64,000 nt of DNA. Source: an uncultured Acidobacteriota bacterium. GTDB taxonomy: Bacteria; Acidobacteriota; Vicinamibacteria; Vicinamibacterales; Fen-181. The translations under genes were made by a program, and so were the position numbers. Positions within the stretch are counted from its first letter, which is position 1. Each line of letters opens with the position of its first letter. The notes under the pieces were generated by a model. The model saw nothing but the letters and a program-made list of their open reading frames with translations. It was not told where the DNA came from and did no database searches. The stretch covers positions 446,499 to 510,498 of the forward strand of contig CAVORY010000011.1 in assembly GCA_963698725.1 (NCBI GenBank), read 5' to 3'. Below, in pieces: positions 28,587 through 39,047 of the stretch.

Positions 28587-29678
28587 ATGACGACAACTCG
28601 GAACCGAGAGGAACCGACCGGGGACACCCGGCTCGGCGCGCAACGACGGGTGGATCAGATCAACGCCTTCACCCGCGAACTGGCGGAGCTCGAGCGCGAG
28701 GGGATCCTCGCGCTCGCGGCGGACCAGCGGGTCAACGTCGAGCGCCATCATGCGGGCGTGCTGGCGGAACTCGCGAAGCGGTTCGACGTGGACCGCACCG
28801 AAGGCCAGCGCCAGATGGCGCTCGGCATGCGCATCGCGTCGCTGCTCGGCGCCGTGACGCTGAGCGCCGCGGTCGTGCTGTTCTTCTATCGGGTGTGGGG
28901 GCTGCTGACCACCCCAATCCAGGTGGCGGCGCTCGTCGCCATGCCGCTCGTGATGCTGGCCGCCGTCGAGGTGGCGGCCCGGCTCGAACCGACGCGCTAC
29001 ATCGCGGCGGTGCTGTCGCTCATCGCCGCCGCCAGCTTCGCCCTGAACCTGTCCGGCGTCGGCGCCATCTTCAACATGGTCCCGTCCCCGATGATTCTGG
29101 CGGTGTGGGCGGCGTTCGCGTTGGCCGTCGCGTACGCCTACGGCCTCCAGCTCCTGCTGGCCGGCGGCGTGGCCGCCGCCATGGGCTACCTGATGTCGGC
29201 GGTGGCCGTCGCAAACGGGCTCGACTGGACCGTGTCGCTCGCCCGCCCGGAGCCGCTCCTCCTGCTCGGCGCCTGCGCGATCGCCGCGTCGTTCTGGCGG
29301 CGCGCCGTCCAGGCGGACGGGTTCGCTCGAACCTGGCGCCTGGTGGGCCTGGTCGCCCTCCTCCTGCCGCTGCTCTTCCTGTCGACCTGGCCCGAGATCT
29401 TCAGCTACGGTCTGCTGCCGATCGGCGCGCTGCACGCCGTCTACGACACGGCCGGGTTCGTCCTGCCGGCCCTGGCGGTGTGGGCCGGCATCCGCCGGCG
29501 GTGGCCCGAGGTGGCCAACTCGGCCGGCGCGTTCCTCGTGCTGTTCGTCTACGCGAAGTGCTTCGACTGGTGGTGGGAGGCAATGCCTCGCTACCTGTTC
29601 TTCCTGATGCTCGGCGGGCTCGCGATCGCGGCGATGATGGTGCTGGCGAAACTGCGTGGCCGGATGAGGGAGGTGTAG
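28587..29678 (+). CDS. Polytopic membrane protein, DUF2157-like
   Basis: Soluble N-terminal helix (INAFTRELAELEREGIL) followed by about 9 TM segments. Start uncertain: ATG 28587 after GGAGG, with in-frame alternatives up and downstream. Confidence 0.6.
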   Translation: MTTTRNREEPTGDTRLGAQRRVDQINAFTRELAELEREGILALAADQRVNVERHHAGVLAELAKRFDVDRTEGQRQMALGMRIASLLGAVTLSAAVVLFFYRVWGLLTTPIQVAALVAMPLVMLAAVEVAARLEPTRYIAAVLSLIAAASFALNLSGVGAIFNMVPSPMILAVWAAFALAVAYAYGLQLLLAGGVAAAMGYLMSAVAVANGLDWTVSLARPEPLLLLGACAIAASFWRRAVQADGFARTWRLVGLVALLLPLLFLSTWPEIFSYGLLPIGALHAVYDTAGFVLPALAVWAGIRRRWPEVANSAGAFLVLFVYAKCFDWWWEAMPRYLFFLMLGGLAIAAMMVLAKLRGRMREV

Positions 29679-29679
29679 C

Positions 29680-30501
29680 GTGACGCGCAAGGAACTCTGG
29701 ATCGCCGCCATCGTCGTCATCGTGTCGAACGCGTTCACGCTGTGGGCCGCGCGCGCGAACAGGGCCGCTGAGCCGGAGGCGGTGCTCGAACTGACCGAGC
29801 GCGAGTTGCGCCTGCCCGGAACGCGGGAGGCCGACAATACGGCGATGGCGCTGCGGCTCGAATGGACCGACCTGGAGCCGGCCTGGCGAGGCCCAGGGAC
29901 CGAGCAGGTGCCGGCCTGGTTCGACGCGGCGAAACTGGCGTCCATCGGTTTCGACACCAGCCTGCCGGTGACCCGCGAGAACGCCGAGCGTTACCGCGGC
30001 ATGGCGCCGCGAGCGGTGTACGCCGTGCTCGAGAACGACGGCGAGGCGTGGCGCCGCTACGTCGACGGCCTGCCGAGCGGCCAGGAGAAGGACACAGCGC
30101 TCGGCCAGACGCGCCTCGTGCTCATCGACGTCGGCACGGATCCGGGCGCCCTTCGCGTCAGGTACCCCGACCGCCGTCGGATGGCGGTCGTCCCGGCCAC
30201 CGCCGGCCTCAGCTTCGTCCAGCCGCAGTCTGGCGAGCCGTTCCTGAAGGGGCGCATCAACACCGTGTACCCGATGGAACTCAACGTCCCAAAGGACCTC
30301 AGGCCCGCCCTGGAATCGCTCGGGCCCAGGACGATGGTGGGGCGGGTCCCACCAGGCGAGACGATGGTGCGGCAGGGCGAGACGAACGTTGTGCCCCGGG
30401 AGCGCGACCTGGCCTTCGCAGAAGGGCCTCGCTACCGTGTCACTGTGAAATGGGGCCGCTCGCTCGAGCCGTGGATCGTGGGGGTGGAGCGGATCAAGTA
30501 G
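29680..30501 (+). CDS. Membrane-anchored hypothetical protein (possibly DUF4824-like), partner of the preceding gene
   Basis: GTG 2 nt after the previous stop. Single N-terminal TM (WIAAIVVIVSNAFTLW), 273 aa. Confidence 0.6.
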   Translation: MTRKELWIAAIVVIVSNAFTLWAARANRAAEPEAVLELTERELRLPGTREADNTAMALRLEWTDLEPAWRGPGTEQVPAWFDAAKLASIGFDTSLPVTRENAERYRGMAPRAVYAVLENDGEAWRRYVDGLPSGQEKDTALGQTRLVLIDVGTDPGALRVRYPDRRRMAVVPATAGLSFVQPQSGEPFLKGRINTVYPMELNVPKDLRPALESLGPRTMVGRVPPGETMVRQGETNVVPRERDLAFAEGPRYRVTVKWGRSLEPWIVGVERIK

Positions 30502-30916
30502 CGGGCAGCTGATAGCTGGCAGCTGACAGCTCACAGCGGATCTTCTCCGATCCGCTGCCAGCTGCCAGCTTCGCCAGGGCCCGTCCGCCCTCCGTGGTCC
30601 GCTGCCAGCTGCCAGCTATCCGTCCACCTTCCGTGATCCGCCGCCAGCTGCCAGCTATCCGCCCACCTTCCGTGATCCGCCGCCAGCTGCCAGCTATCCG
30701 CCCACCTTCCGTGATCCGCCGCCAGCTGCCAGCTATCCGCCCACCTTCCGTGATCCGCCGCCAGCTGCCAGCTATCCGCTCACCTTCCGTGATCCGCCGC
30801 CAGCTGCCAGCGACGCCCGGGCCCGTCCACCTTCCGTGATCCGCCGCCAGCTGCCAGCGACGCCCGGGCCCGTCCGCCCTCCGTGGTCCGCTGCCAGCTA
30901 CCCGCCACTTCGCAGG
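30501..30916. repeat. Composite repeat: GCTGCCA-heptamer hairpin, then a tandem array (1 x 47 bp, 5 x 39 bp, 2 x 47 bp, 1 partial)
   Basis: 39-bp unit CCGCCGCCAGCTGCCAGCTATCCGCCCACCTTCCGTGAT at 30599-30793. 47-bp variants at 30552-30598, 30794-30840 and 30841-30887. Lies between convergent genes. Confidence 0.95.
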
Positions 30917-30951
30917 ATCGCCACGTCGCAAGATCGCAAGTTACATCCCGT

Positions 30952-32020
30952 CTACGAGATGTCCGGCTTCGGCGTCGTCGCCGTGCTCTTCGGCAGTTCC
31001 GGCTTCTTGGTGTACTCGGGATCGATCTTCCCGGTCAGCACCTTCAGGAAGGTGATGATCTGCTGCGTCTCCGCGTCGGTCAGCTTCTTGCCGAGCTGGT
31101 ACTCGGCCATGTCGCGAACCGCCTTGTCGAGGCTCGCGACCTTGCCGTCGTGGTAGTAGGGACCGGTCTTCTCGATGTTGCGCAGGCTGGGCACCTTGAA
31201 GACGCCCTTGTCGGATTCGCTCTTGGTCACCTTGAAGCGTCCCGGGTCCGCCATCTCCGGATAGGTCTTCACCAGGCCCAGCTTCTGGTACGACGTGCCG
31301 CCGAGCACGGCGCCGTTGTGGCACGCCTGGCAGCCCGTGTCGAGGAACGTCTTCAGGCCGACCAGTTCTTCGGGCGTAAGTGCCGACTGATCGCCGTTCA
31401 GCAGGGCGTCCCAGCGGGACGGCGTCATCAGATTCCGCTCGAACGCGCCGATCGCCTTGGCCATGTTGTCGTACGTGATCGGCTGCTTGTCGTTCGGGAA
31501 CGCCTTCTTGAACAGGTCCAGGTATTCCGGCATCGACTTGAGCACGGCGACGACCTTCGCTTCGCCCGGCATGGCCATCTCCACCGGGTTCAGTACCGGG
31601 TCCCTTCGCCTGGGCCTCGACGTCGGCCGCCCGGCCGTCCCAGAACTGCGCGAAGTGCGCCGCGGCATTGTAGACGGTCGGCGAGTTGCGGTCGCCCACC
31701 TGGCCCTTGTGCCCATCGGAGGTCGGCTGGTTGTCCACGCCGTAGGTCGCCAGGTCGTGGCAGCTGTTGCACGAAATCGTCTGGCTCTTGGAGAGCCGCG
31801 GTTCGAAGTAGAGCATCCGGCCGAGCGTGATCGCGTCGGCATTCATCGCGCCCGACTGCGCCGGTACGGAGGCGGGCAGCGGCGCGAAGACCGACAGCCG
31901 GTCCTTCTCGATCGCCGGGGGCGGCGGAGTTGGGGCGGGCGCGGGTTGCGAGCTGCAGGCGGCAACGAACAACACGATCACCGCCGCGGCCGGCCATGCG
32001 AGAAACCTGAACCTGGTCAT
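30952..32020 (-). pseudogene. Di-haem cytochrome c peroxidase (CCP/MauG family), lipoprotein; interrupted by a +1 nt frameshift near 31596-31604
   Basis: N-terminal frame: lipobox LFVAAC, CNSCH haem motif, FWDGRAADVEAQAKGP. C-terminal frame: VLNPVEMAMP..., CQACHNG, PSLRNI. The junction GGACCCGGTACTG needs one base removed to give the conserved KGPVLNPVEM. Confidence 0.85.
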
Positions 32021-32033
32021 GAGTCCTCCCTTT

Positions 32034-32435
32034 TCAATCGAGCCGCAACCGCTCGACGCCGGCGACGGCGTCGAAGCCGACATCGAACGTCGCAATCCGC
32101 CGGATGTCGTGATTGAGCATCACGGCGGCGTGGATGGCATCGCGAACGCCGACACCGGTCCCACCGAGCAACAGGTCTCTCGCCCGGTCGGTGTCCGCGA
32201 GGGTCACCGGCAGGATCACGGGGCACAGCGCCGCGAACAGATTGTACACGTCCCGCGCCAGGTCGAGTCGCCTGAGAGCGGCGTACCGGTACAGGATCTC
32301 CTGGAGGACCTCCGTACTGCTGCAGACGTCCATCTCGCCGGTGCGCACGCGCTCGAAGAAGCGGAGCGCCGGTCCGCGCAGCGGGTGGTCCCGGCCGGCG
32401 ACGTACATCGGGATGTTCGAATCGACGAAGATCAT
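32034..32435 (-). CDS. vapC: PIN-domain toxin VapC
   Basis: MIFVDSNIPMY... with acidic PIN residues (D5, E, D, D). ATGA overlap with the upstream antitoxin. Confidence 0.85.
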   Translation of the reverse strand: MIFVDSNIPMYVAGRDHPLRGPALRFFERVRTGEMDVCSSTEVLQEILYRYAALRRLDLARDVYNLFAALCPVILPVTLADTDRARDLLLGGTGVGVRDAIHAAVMLNHDIRRIATFDVGFDAVAGVERLRLD

Positions 32436-32668
32436 CGACCCCGCCCCGCCTCGATTTCCGCCAGCATCTGATCGATGTCGCCGGTGGGCGCGCCAAGGGC
32501 CGACAGCCGATCCAATGGATCGACCGGCTCCTTGTCGTCCGCGATCGCGCGCTCCATGGCACGCCGCACCCAGGCACCTTTCGACATCCGGGTGCGCTGA
32601 GCCGCCTTGCGGACCCGCGCATCGAGTCCCTCTGGCACGAGAATCTGCATTCGGATACTCATATGCAC
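32432..32668 (-). CDS. vapB: Ribbon-helix-helix antitoxin VapB
   Basis: 78 aa. IRMQILVPEGLDARVRKAAQRTRMSKGAWVRRAMERA is an RHH pattern. Translationally coupled to vapC. Confidence 0.75.
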   Translation of the reverse strand: MHMSIRMQILVPEGLDARVRKAAQRTRMSKGAWVRRAMERAIADDKEPVDPLDRLSALGAPTGDIDQMLAEIEAGRGR

Positions 32669-32764
32669 ATGCTGTCATGAGTACACATCGTCGTCAAGGC
32701 CCCAGGCCGGGCTCGCCCACCCCGAGTTTCGAGGGCTGGAGGTCCGGCCGTGTCTGGAGGGGGG

Positions 32765-33839
32765 CTATCCGTTCCCGCCCGCGCGCCTGCGCAGCGCGCC
32801 CCAGGCTCTCGCCAGGCGCCCGCCCTGCGACTCACCGGCCTGCTCGAGCAGGTAGGTGTGCCAGTCGTCGCGGTCGCTCGCGACGCGCAGAGGTTTCAGC
32901 GCCAGCAGCCCGGTCGGGCCGATCGACCCTCGCAGGAAGCGCAGTTCCTGCAGCCGGGCTTTGACGTCGGGGTCGGGGGAGGTTTCCAGCCCCGCCTCGC
33001 GCGCCATCAGCATGCCCTTTGCGCGGATGGCCAGTTCGAGTTCGACCCGGAGCAGGCAGAACATGTCGGCCACCACCGGGCCCGGGAACCGCTCCTTGAG
33101 CTGGCCGAGGTACTTCCCGAGCCGCGTGCGCCCGAAGTCGGGGGACGTCACGAGGTTCAGCAGTTCCACATCGAGGTCGAGCCCCTCCCCGACCCACTCG
33201 CGCGTTGCGCGCTCGCTCCGCTCGAACACGTAGGTCACGACCGCAGGCACGAGCACCAGCAGGACGCACGTCGCGACGACCGGCGGCATCGGAAAGTGGT
33301 TGAACGCTGAATGGACGGCCACCGGAAGGGCCAGCGCGGCCGGGACGATGACCACTCCGCGCGCCGGGTACCGGTCGGACAGACTCTTGAGCAGGATCGC
33401 GAACAGCGCGGTCATCGCCCCGTGCAGGATCGCCGGCCCGAACCCGCGGACCAGCCACAGGATGAGACGCTCGTCCTCCACCGTGCGCAGGTACTCCAGG
33501 TTCTCCACCAGCGCGAACCCGGTCCCGACAGAGAAACCGACCAGCGCGGCGTCCACGAGGAACCCCAGCCGCCGCTGCCTCAGCACGATGACGACGTAGA
33601 CCGCCTTGAGGATCTTCCTCCGTCACCGGACCGACGTAGCGGGTGAGCGCGCGCGTGGAGAGGCCCGTTTCGGCCAGCAGCCACGAATGGAGCGCCAGGG
33701 CGGCCAGCGCGCTCAGCGCCCCGGCGATCAGGGCCGCGGCGACGGCTCTGAAGGGCACCAGCTTGAAGCTGTCCATCAGGAGCAGGACAGCCAGGAAGAC
33801 GAGCACCGGGAGCAGGGCCGCGACGATGCTGATCGCCAC
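32765..33839 (-). pseudogene. prsW: PrsW-family intramembrane protease; interrupted by a +1 nt frameshift near 33611-33615
   Basis: Frame A gives the TM-rich N-terminus up to RYVGPVTEE. Frame B continues (I)LKAVYVVIVLRQRRLGFLVDAALVGFSVGTGFALVENLEY...HGAMT...HSAFN. Removing one base in GAGGAAGATCCTC restores the family EExxK motif (EEILK). Confidence 0.8.
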
Positions 33840-33849
33840 GGTCCGAATT

Positions 33850-36829
33850 CTACCTGAGGACCTTCAGCGACACCATCGCCTCGTGGCGAGGCCCGCGCCC
33901 CTGCTCGAACGCCACGCCTGCGCCCACCGACAGCGTCATGTCCAGGTTCGAGAGCACGGTGAAGCGGAAGTCCAGCTGGCCGCCCGCGGTTCCGACGACG
34001 TGGCGGATGTCCGAGGCGTCCATGTTCGTGGCGATGCCGCTCACGAACAGCGCGGGACGCACCCAGGTCAAGTACGCCCCCGGCGTCCCCGCCCTCGCGA
34101 ACCGCCACGGCGGCAGGGTCCATTCGATCATCGTGCGGGCGAAATTGCGGCCGCCCAGCTCGTTCAGCTCCAGTCCGGGGAAGCTGAAGAACTCGCGGTA
34201 CCGCTTCTCGTTGCGGTAGTCCACGTAGTTGTTGCCGAAGCCGCCGAAGTAGAAGTTCGCGAACAGGTTGTTGACGTCGTTCGGCGAGAATCCGGCCGCG
34301 TTGCGGAACCAGACGGACGAATGGGCGATCGGCAGCGGGAACCCGACGTCCAACGTGCCGAGCATCCCGAAAACCGCCGTGCCGTCCACGTAGTCGACCG
34401 CCGCTACGGCGCTCGCCTTGCGGCCCTTCTCGTCGTCCACGCGGCCCATCGAGCCGGTCGTGTTCGAGTACGTTCAGGCGCGCATCGAACGAAGCGAGGC
34501 GATCGACCGACACCTCGACGTTCTGGTACGCCGGCAGCCGGTCGAGGTTGCCCGAGTAACTGGCGCCGAAGGTGACGTCCACCTTCTTCGGCTCGTCGTA
34601 GACGAGGCTCCGCTTGTGCTCGACGCCGAAGACGTACCCCTTGCGCCCGGTCTTGGTCGGCCCGACGATGTCGTAGAAGTCGGCGTTGTTGTACATCGCC
34701 TTGAACTTCCAGTCGTAGCGCTCGTAGTCCATGCGTACGTGGAGCCTCTCGTTGGTCGCAATGTCCCCGTTCAACGAATAGGAGCCCGCCAGCGTGAAGC
34801 GGTTGAGTTCCAGCGGGTCGGAGAAGTTGAAGCGCATCCCGACGGCTTGCGTGTCCTTGTATCCCTGGACGATCGGGTAGAACGACTCGCCCTTCAGACC
34901 TCCGGTCAGGCCGTACTTGCCCTTCTTCTTGTCCAGCGTGTTGTAGTCCACCGGCGGTCTGGTCTCCGTGTTCCAGGTCTTCAGGACCGGATGCTTCTCG
35001 ACCACCTCCGTCCCGAGGAACGTGATGTTGCCGAGGTCGTCGATAGGCGTCGCCGTGAGCCTCGTCAGCACGAACCCCTGGCCCGAGAACCGGAAGGCGA
35101 ACAGGTCGTCTCCGCCGAGCGGCAGCGGCCGGAAGAACCCCGTCTCGGCGTTGGTCACCGCCTCGATCTTCTTCGTGGCCAGCTCGTAGCGGTAGATGTT
35201 CGACACGCCGGTGAGGTAGGAACTCCCGTAGAGAAACCGGCCGTCGGGCGAGAAGACGAAGTTGTTCGGCACGGCGGCCTCGCCGAAGTCGAATTCGGCG
35301 ACCGGCGTGACGTCCTTCTTCAAGACCTTGGCGACGTCCATGACGCGCACGCTCTGGTGGCCGTTGACGAGGCCGAACGAGCACGCCAGGAGTGTGCCGT
35401 CCGGCGACACGTCCAGGTCGTATGGCACCTCGCCGTAAGCGAAGGTGTGTATCTGTTTCCAGTCGGTATAGGGGGGCACGATGCGCACCAGCGTCGCGAG
35501 GCCGTTCAGGTGCCGGATGCCCCACAGCGCCTTGTCGGCGCGGCTGAACGCCAGGTCGCCGATGCGCGCGTCCTTCTGCAGCATCTTCTTCCGGCCGGTC
35601 GCCGGATCGAGCGACATCAGGTCGCGATAGGCGCCGTTGTCCCGCGTGTAGAACAGCATGCGGCTGTCCGGGTCCCAGGCGAGCGCGGTCACCGTGTACA
35701 TCGCCGGGTCCTTCACGTCTGTGATGTGAGCCCCCGACGCGCGCGCGAGGTCGAAGGCGCCGACGTGCGCGACGACACCGGGGTAGTTGAAGGCGGCGTA
35801 GATCTTCCCGGCCTTCTCGTCGTAGTAGGCGCGCGAGACCGAACCCAGCGCTCGCTTCGACAGGTCCTTGTAAGGCGTGATCGGGTATTTCCGGATCGCC
35901 TCGAGGTTCTTCTGCTGGAATCCCTTCTCGAACGCGATCCACTCGGCCCAGGCGTCCTCGATCGACCGGTTGAACACCTTCTTGAACTGCGACGAGTAGT
36001 AGGCCTTGCTGCCGGGCTTTCGCGACGTCCACTCCACGAGTTGCTCGGGCGAGTAGCGGTTCGCCAGCCAGGTCATGAAGCGCGTGCCGTAGAGGTAGGC
36101 GTTGATCTGGAGCTGAAAGTCGATCTTCGTGCCCTCGGACGCCAGGCCCAGAGGATCGTAGATGTGCGCGTTGTCCTTGACCATCGCGCGGAAGACCATC
36201 TCGTCCCACCCGCCCTGCGCACGGCCGATGCCGCCGTCCATCCACGTGTCGGCGAACACCGCGATCCCCTCGTGGAACCACCGTGGCGCGGCCACGCGCG
36301 GCGCGGTCAGGTACGCATAGATCGCGGTCTCGGGCTGCTCCTTGATCGTGGACACCTTGCCGCCGAAGAGGCTGCGGAACGCCTTGTCGGCGCCGGCCGG
36401 CTGCCCCATCGTCGCCACGTGCACCAGCTCGTGGTTCATGATGAGGATGATCCGGTCGTTGGCCGCGATCGTCTCGAACGCGTAGCCGAGCGGCGCAATC
36501 TGGATTGAGAGCCGGTTGCGCGGCGTCACCGACGCGCCGGCATCGGCGCCGTCCGAGAAGTCGGCGAGCAGGACGTACACCTGCTCGTTCGGGTCGAATC
36601 CGAACACCTGGCGCTGGAATTCAAGCGACCTGAGAAACGACTGCACCGCGTGCGGCACGAGGTACGACTCGGTGAAGTCGAAGTAGATGATCGCCAGCTG
36701 GCCGGTGTCGAGGCGCGCGAGCTGCGCGGGGGACGGCGAGGCGGCGAGTGCGGTGAGCAAGAAGACCAGGCTGAACGCGCGAACCGCCCGACCCGACGAG
36801 CCAGCGCGGACCATCGCTTTCGGAGACAT
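33850..36829 (-). pseudogene. Large secreted protein: HExxH metalloprotease-like N-domain, beta-propeller repeats, C-terminal beta-barrel-like domain; +1 nt frameshift near 34469-34473
   Basis: GGGAGGG RBS and a signal peptide. NHELVH, then repeated SPDG propeller motifs. The last ~200 aa (..YSNTTGSMGRVDDEKG...FYFGGFGNNYVDY...) are in another frame. Deleting one base in AACGTACTCG joins them as ..ARLNYSNTTGS... Confidence 0.75.
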
Positions 36830-36935
36830 CGGCCCTCCCGTGCGGTCGGAACGATGGACGAACACACGAAGGCCCGGCGGCTCCCGCCATGGAGTCGCCG
36901 GGCACCTGACCCTCCGGTGAACCGCGCGCCGAACG

Positions 36936-38396
36936 CTACCTCGTTTTGATGAGACTCGCCTGCAGGGCCGCCTGGTCCTTCAGGGCCGCCTCGAAGTCGG
37001 GGTTGCCGATCAGCGCCGCGAAGCTGGGATCCCGGAGCGCTGCCTGGAAGTCGGGGTCGCCCAGCAGGGCGGCGAACGACCTCAGGCCCGCCCGCGCTTT
37101 CAGCGCGGCGTCGGCAGCGTCGCCCTGCATCGCGGCCTGCCCCTTCACCGCGGCCTGCCCCCTGAGCGCGGCCTCGAACGCGTCGTCGCCGCACAGCTTC
37201 GCCATCCCCTTGATGTTGGCTTGGAACGCCTCGTCGGTGAGCAGCTTGCTGAGCAGGCCGTTCTGCGCCTTCAGCGCCGCCTCAAACGACTCGTCGGATA
37301 TCATGGCCGCGAAGCGGTCGCCGTTCTTCAGCGCGGCCTGGACCGCGTCGTCGGCCAGCATCGCCGCGAACAGCTTGTTCCGAAGCGCGGCCTGGATCCC
37401 TGCCTGCTTCAGACTCGCCTGCTTCAGATTCGCCTCCTTGAGCGCCGCCTCGGCCTCGGCGAAGAGCTTCGCGAGCCCGACCTTGTTCCTCAACGCGGCC
37501 TGAACGTCATCGTCCATCAGGTACGCCTTGGCGGCGGGGTCCCTGAGCGCCGCCTCCATTGCCTCGCTCATGAGCGCCGCGTCGACGGCGTCGTCCATGA
37601 GCGCCGCCTCCACGTCGGCGTCGGCCAGCGCCGCGACGACATCCTGATCAGTGAGCGCCGCCTGCACGTCGTCGTCGGCCAGCGCCGCCAGCAGCTTCGC
37701 GTCCTTCAGGGCCGCATCGACGTCCCCGTCCTTCAGCGCCGCTTCCACCGCGTCGCTGGCGAGCAGCGCGCAGACCTCCGGATCCGCGAGCAGGCTGCGG
37801 ATCTCCTTGTTCTTCATGATCTTGTCGAACGTGTCGCTCTGGAGGAACGCCTGCGCATTGCCTGGCTTGGCGCTGACACCCGACGGCTGGGCGCCGCGAT
37901 ACCGGTCGGCCGCCCCGATGGCGCCCTGGGCCCCCTGGTCCACCGTCCGGCCATTGAAGTACACGACGGCGAGAAGGACGACGACCGCGAGCCCGGCGAC
38001 TCCCCACAACGCTTTCTTTGCCACGATCACACCTCCTCCGGCCATGCCGGCCTTGCGGAACGAATCCGAAGAATGGCTTCCCTGCTGAGAACGATGTGCG
38101 AACCAGGGAAATAGTTGGCGGCCGATCGCGGCCGGCAGCGACGCGAGGCGCCGGTGCCAGGCCGGACGCGGGGACCTGACGGCGGCAACCTCCGCCATCA
38201 CCCGGTCCGAAAACCCACCGGGAGGCTCTTCCGGGCCGAGCCCGTCCACCGCGGCGGCCAGACGCGCCAGAAGCTCGGCGCGTGCGCCGAGGTCCCGGTC
38301 CGCTGCGAGGCGGGCGCGGAACTGCTCCGCCTCCCCGGGCGAGAGCGCGCCGTCCAGTGCGCGATGAATCAACTCGTCGTCTTCGGGCCGGATCAT
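36936..38396 (-). CDS. Anti-sigma factor, single TM, with a long extracytoplasmic xxxAAL(K/R/M)D repeat domain
   Basis: The N-terminal anti-sigma helix (IHRALDGALSPGEAEQFRARL) is coupled by ATGA to the ECF sigma gene. TM at GVAGLAVVVLLAVVYF. More than 20 short repeats such as DVQAALTD, DVEAALMD, FEAALKD. Confidence 0.75.
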   Translation of the reverse strand: MIRPEDDELIHRALDGALSPGEAEQFRARLAADRDLGARAELLARLAAAVDGLGPEEPPGGFSDRVMAEVAAVRSPRPAWHRRLASLPAAIGRQLFPWFAHRSQQGSHSSDSFRKAGMAGGGVIVAKKALWGVAGLAVVVLLAVVYFNGRTVDQGAQGAIGAADRYRGAQPSGVSAKPGNAQAFLQSDTFDKIMKNKEIRSLLADPEVCALLASDAVEAALKDGDVDAALKDAKLLAALADDDVQAALTDQDVVAALADADVEAALMDDAVDAALMSEAMEAALRDPAAKAYLMDDDVQAALRNKVGLAKLFAEAEAALKEANLKQASLKQAGIQAALRNKLFAAMLADDAVQAALKNGDRFAAMISDESFEAALKAQNGLLSKLLTDEAFQANIKGMAKLCGDDAFEAALRGQAAVKGQAAMQGDAADAALKARAGLRSFAALLGDPDFQAALRDPSFAALIGNPDFEAALKDQAALQASLIKTR

Positions 38397-38944
38397 GACT
38401 CACGCTTCCAGTTCAGAAGGTCCTCGCCCAGTCGCTGCCGCGCCGAGTACAGCCTCGATTTCACGGTCTTCTCGGGCACGCCCAGCGCCTCGGCCATCTC
38501 AACGTAGGACATCCCCGCGTAGTGGCGCAGGACGACCACCTCGCGGTAGGCGGGCGTCAGACGCCTCAGCGCCAGCCGTACCCCCGTCCGCAACTCGGCC
38601 CGCTCGGCAATCCGGTGGGGGCTGTCCCCGGACGCCATGCTGGCATCGAGCGGCTCCATCAGGCGACGCGACCGCCTGACATTGAGGCACTCGTTCACCA
38701 GGATGCGGTAGAGCCAGCTGAAGAACTTGTGCCCGCTGTCGTACGTCTGGAGCTTCCGATAGGCGCTGACGAACGCGTCCTGGGCGGCGTCGGTGGCCGC
38801 GTCGGCGTCGCCAAGCATCCGGACGGCCACGGTGAACAGTACGCGCTGGTACCGTTCCACGAGCGTCCGGAACGCTGCCGTGTCGCCGCCGAGGCACCGC
38901 TCGACGATCACGCGGTCGTCGTCCTCGCCTACAGGAAAGGACAC
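38393..38944 (-). CDS. ECF-type RNA polymerase sigma-70 family factor
   Basis: Region 2 (FFSWLYRILVNECLNVRR) and region 4 (VVVLRHYAGMSYVEMAEALGVPEKTVKSRLYSARQRL). Confidence 0.9.
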   Translation of the reverse strand: MSFPVGEDDDRVIVERCLGGDTAAFRTLVERYQRVLFTVAVRMLGDADAATDAAQDAFVSAYRKLQTYDSGHKFFSWLYRILVNECLNVRRSRRLMEPLDASMASGDSPHRIAERAELRTGVRLALRRLTPAYREVVVLRHYAGMSYVEMAEALGVPEKTVKSRLYSARQRLGEDLLNWKRES

Positions 38945-39047
38945 GCGACCTCCGGGGAAGTTGGCGCGGGGTGGCCGGACGACTGGTTCGAACCGCGTAC
39001 CTTATACCACATCGCCGGTGGTATGATGACCGGGCTTCGAGCGCGCC

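Noticed and set aside
30494-30931. ORFs encoding repeat peptides through the tandem array (IAGSWRRITEGGR xN on the minus strand; LPAIRPPSVIRRQ xN on the plus strand)
   Set aside because: Both strands are open only because the 39-bp unit is a multiple of three. There is no start context, and the 47-bp variant units break periodicity. Treated as non-coding.
32034-32668. vapBC as the marker of a larger defence or mobile island
   Set aside because: No integrase, transposase, tRNA target or restriction/abortive-infection genes flank it, and I noticed no compositional change by eye. It appears to be an ordinary chromosomal type II toxin-antitoxin pair.
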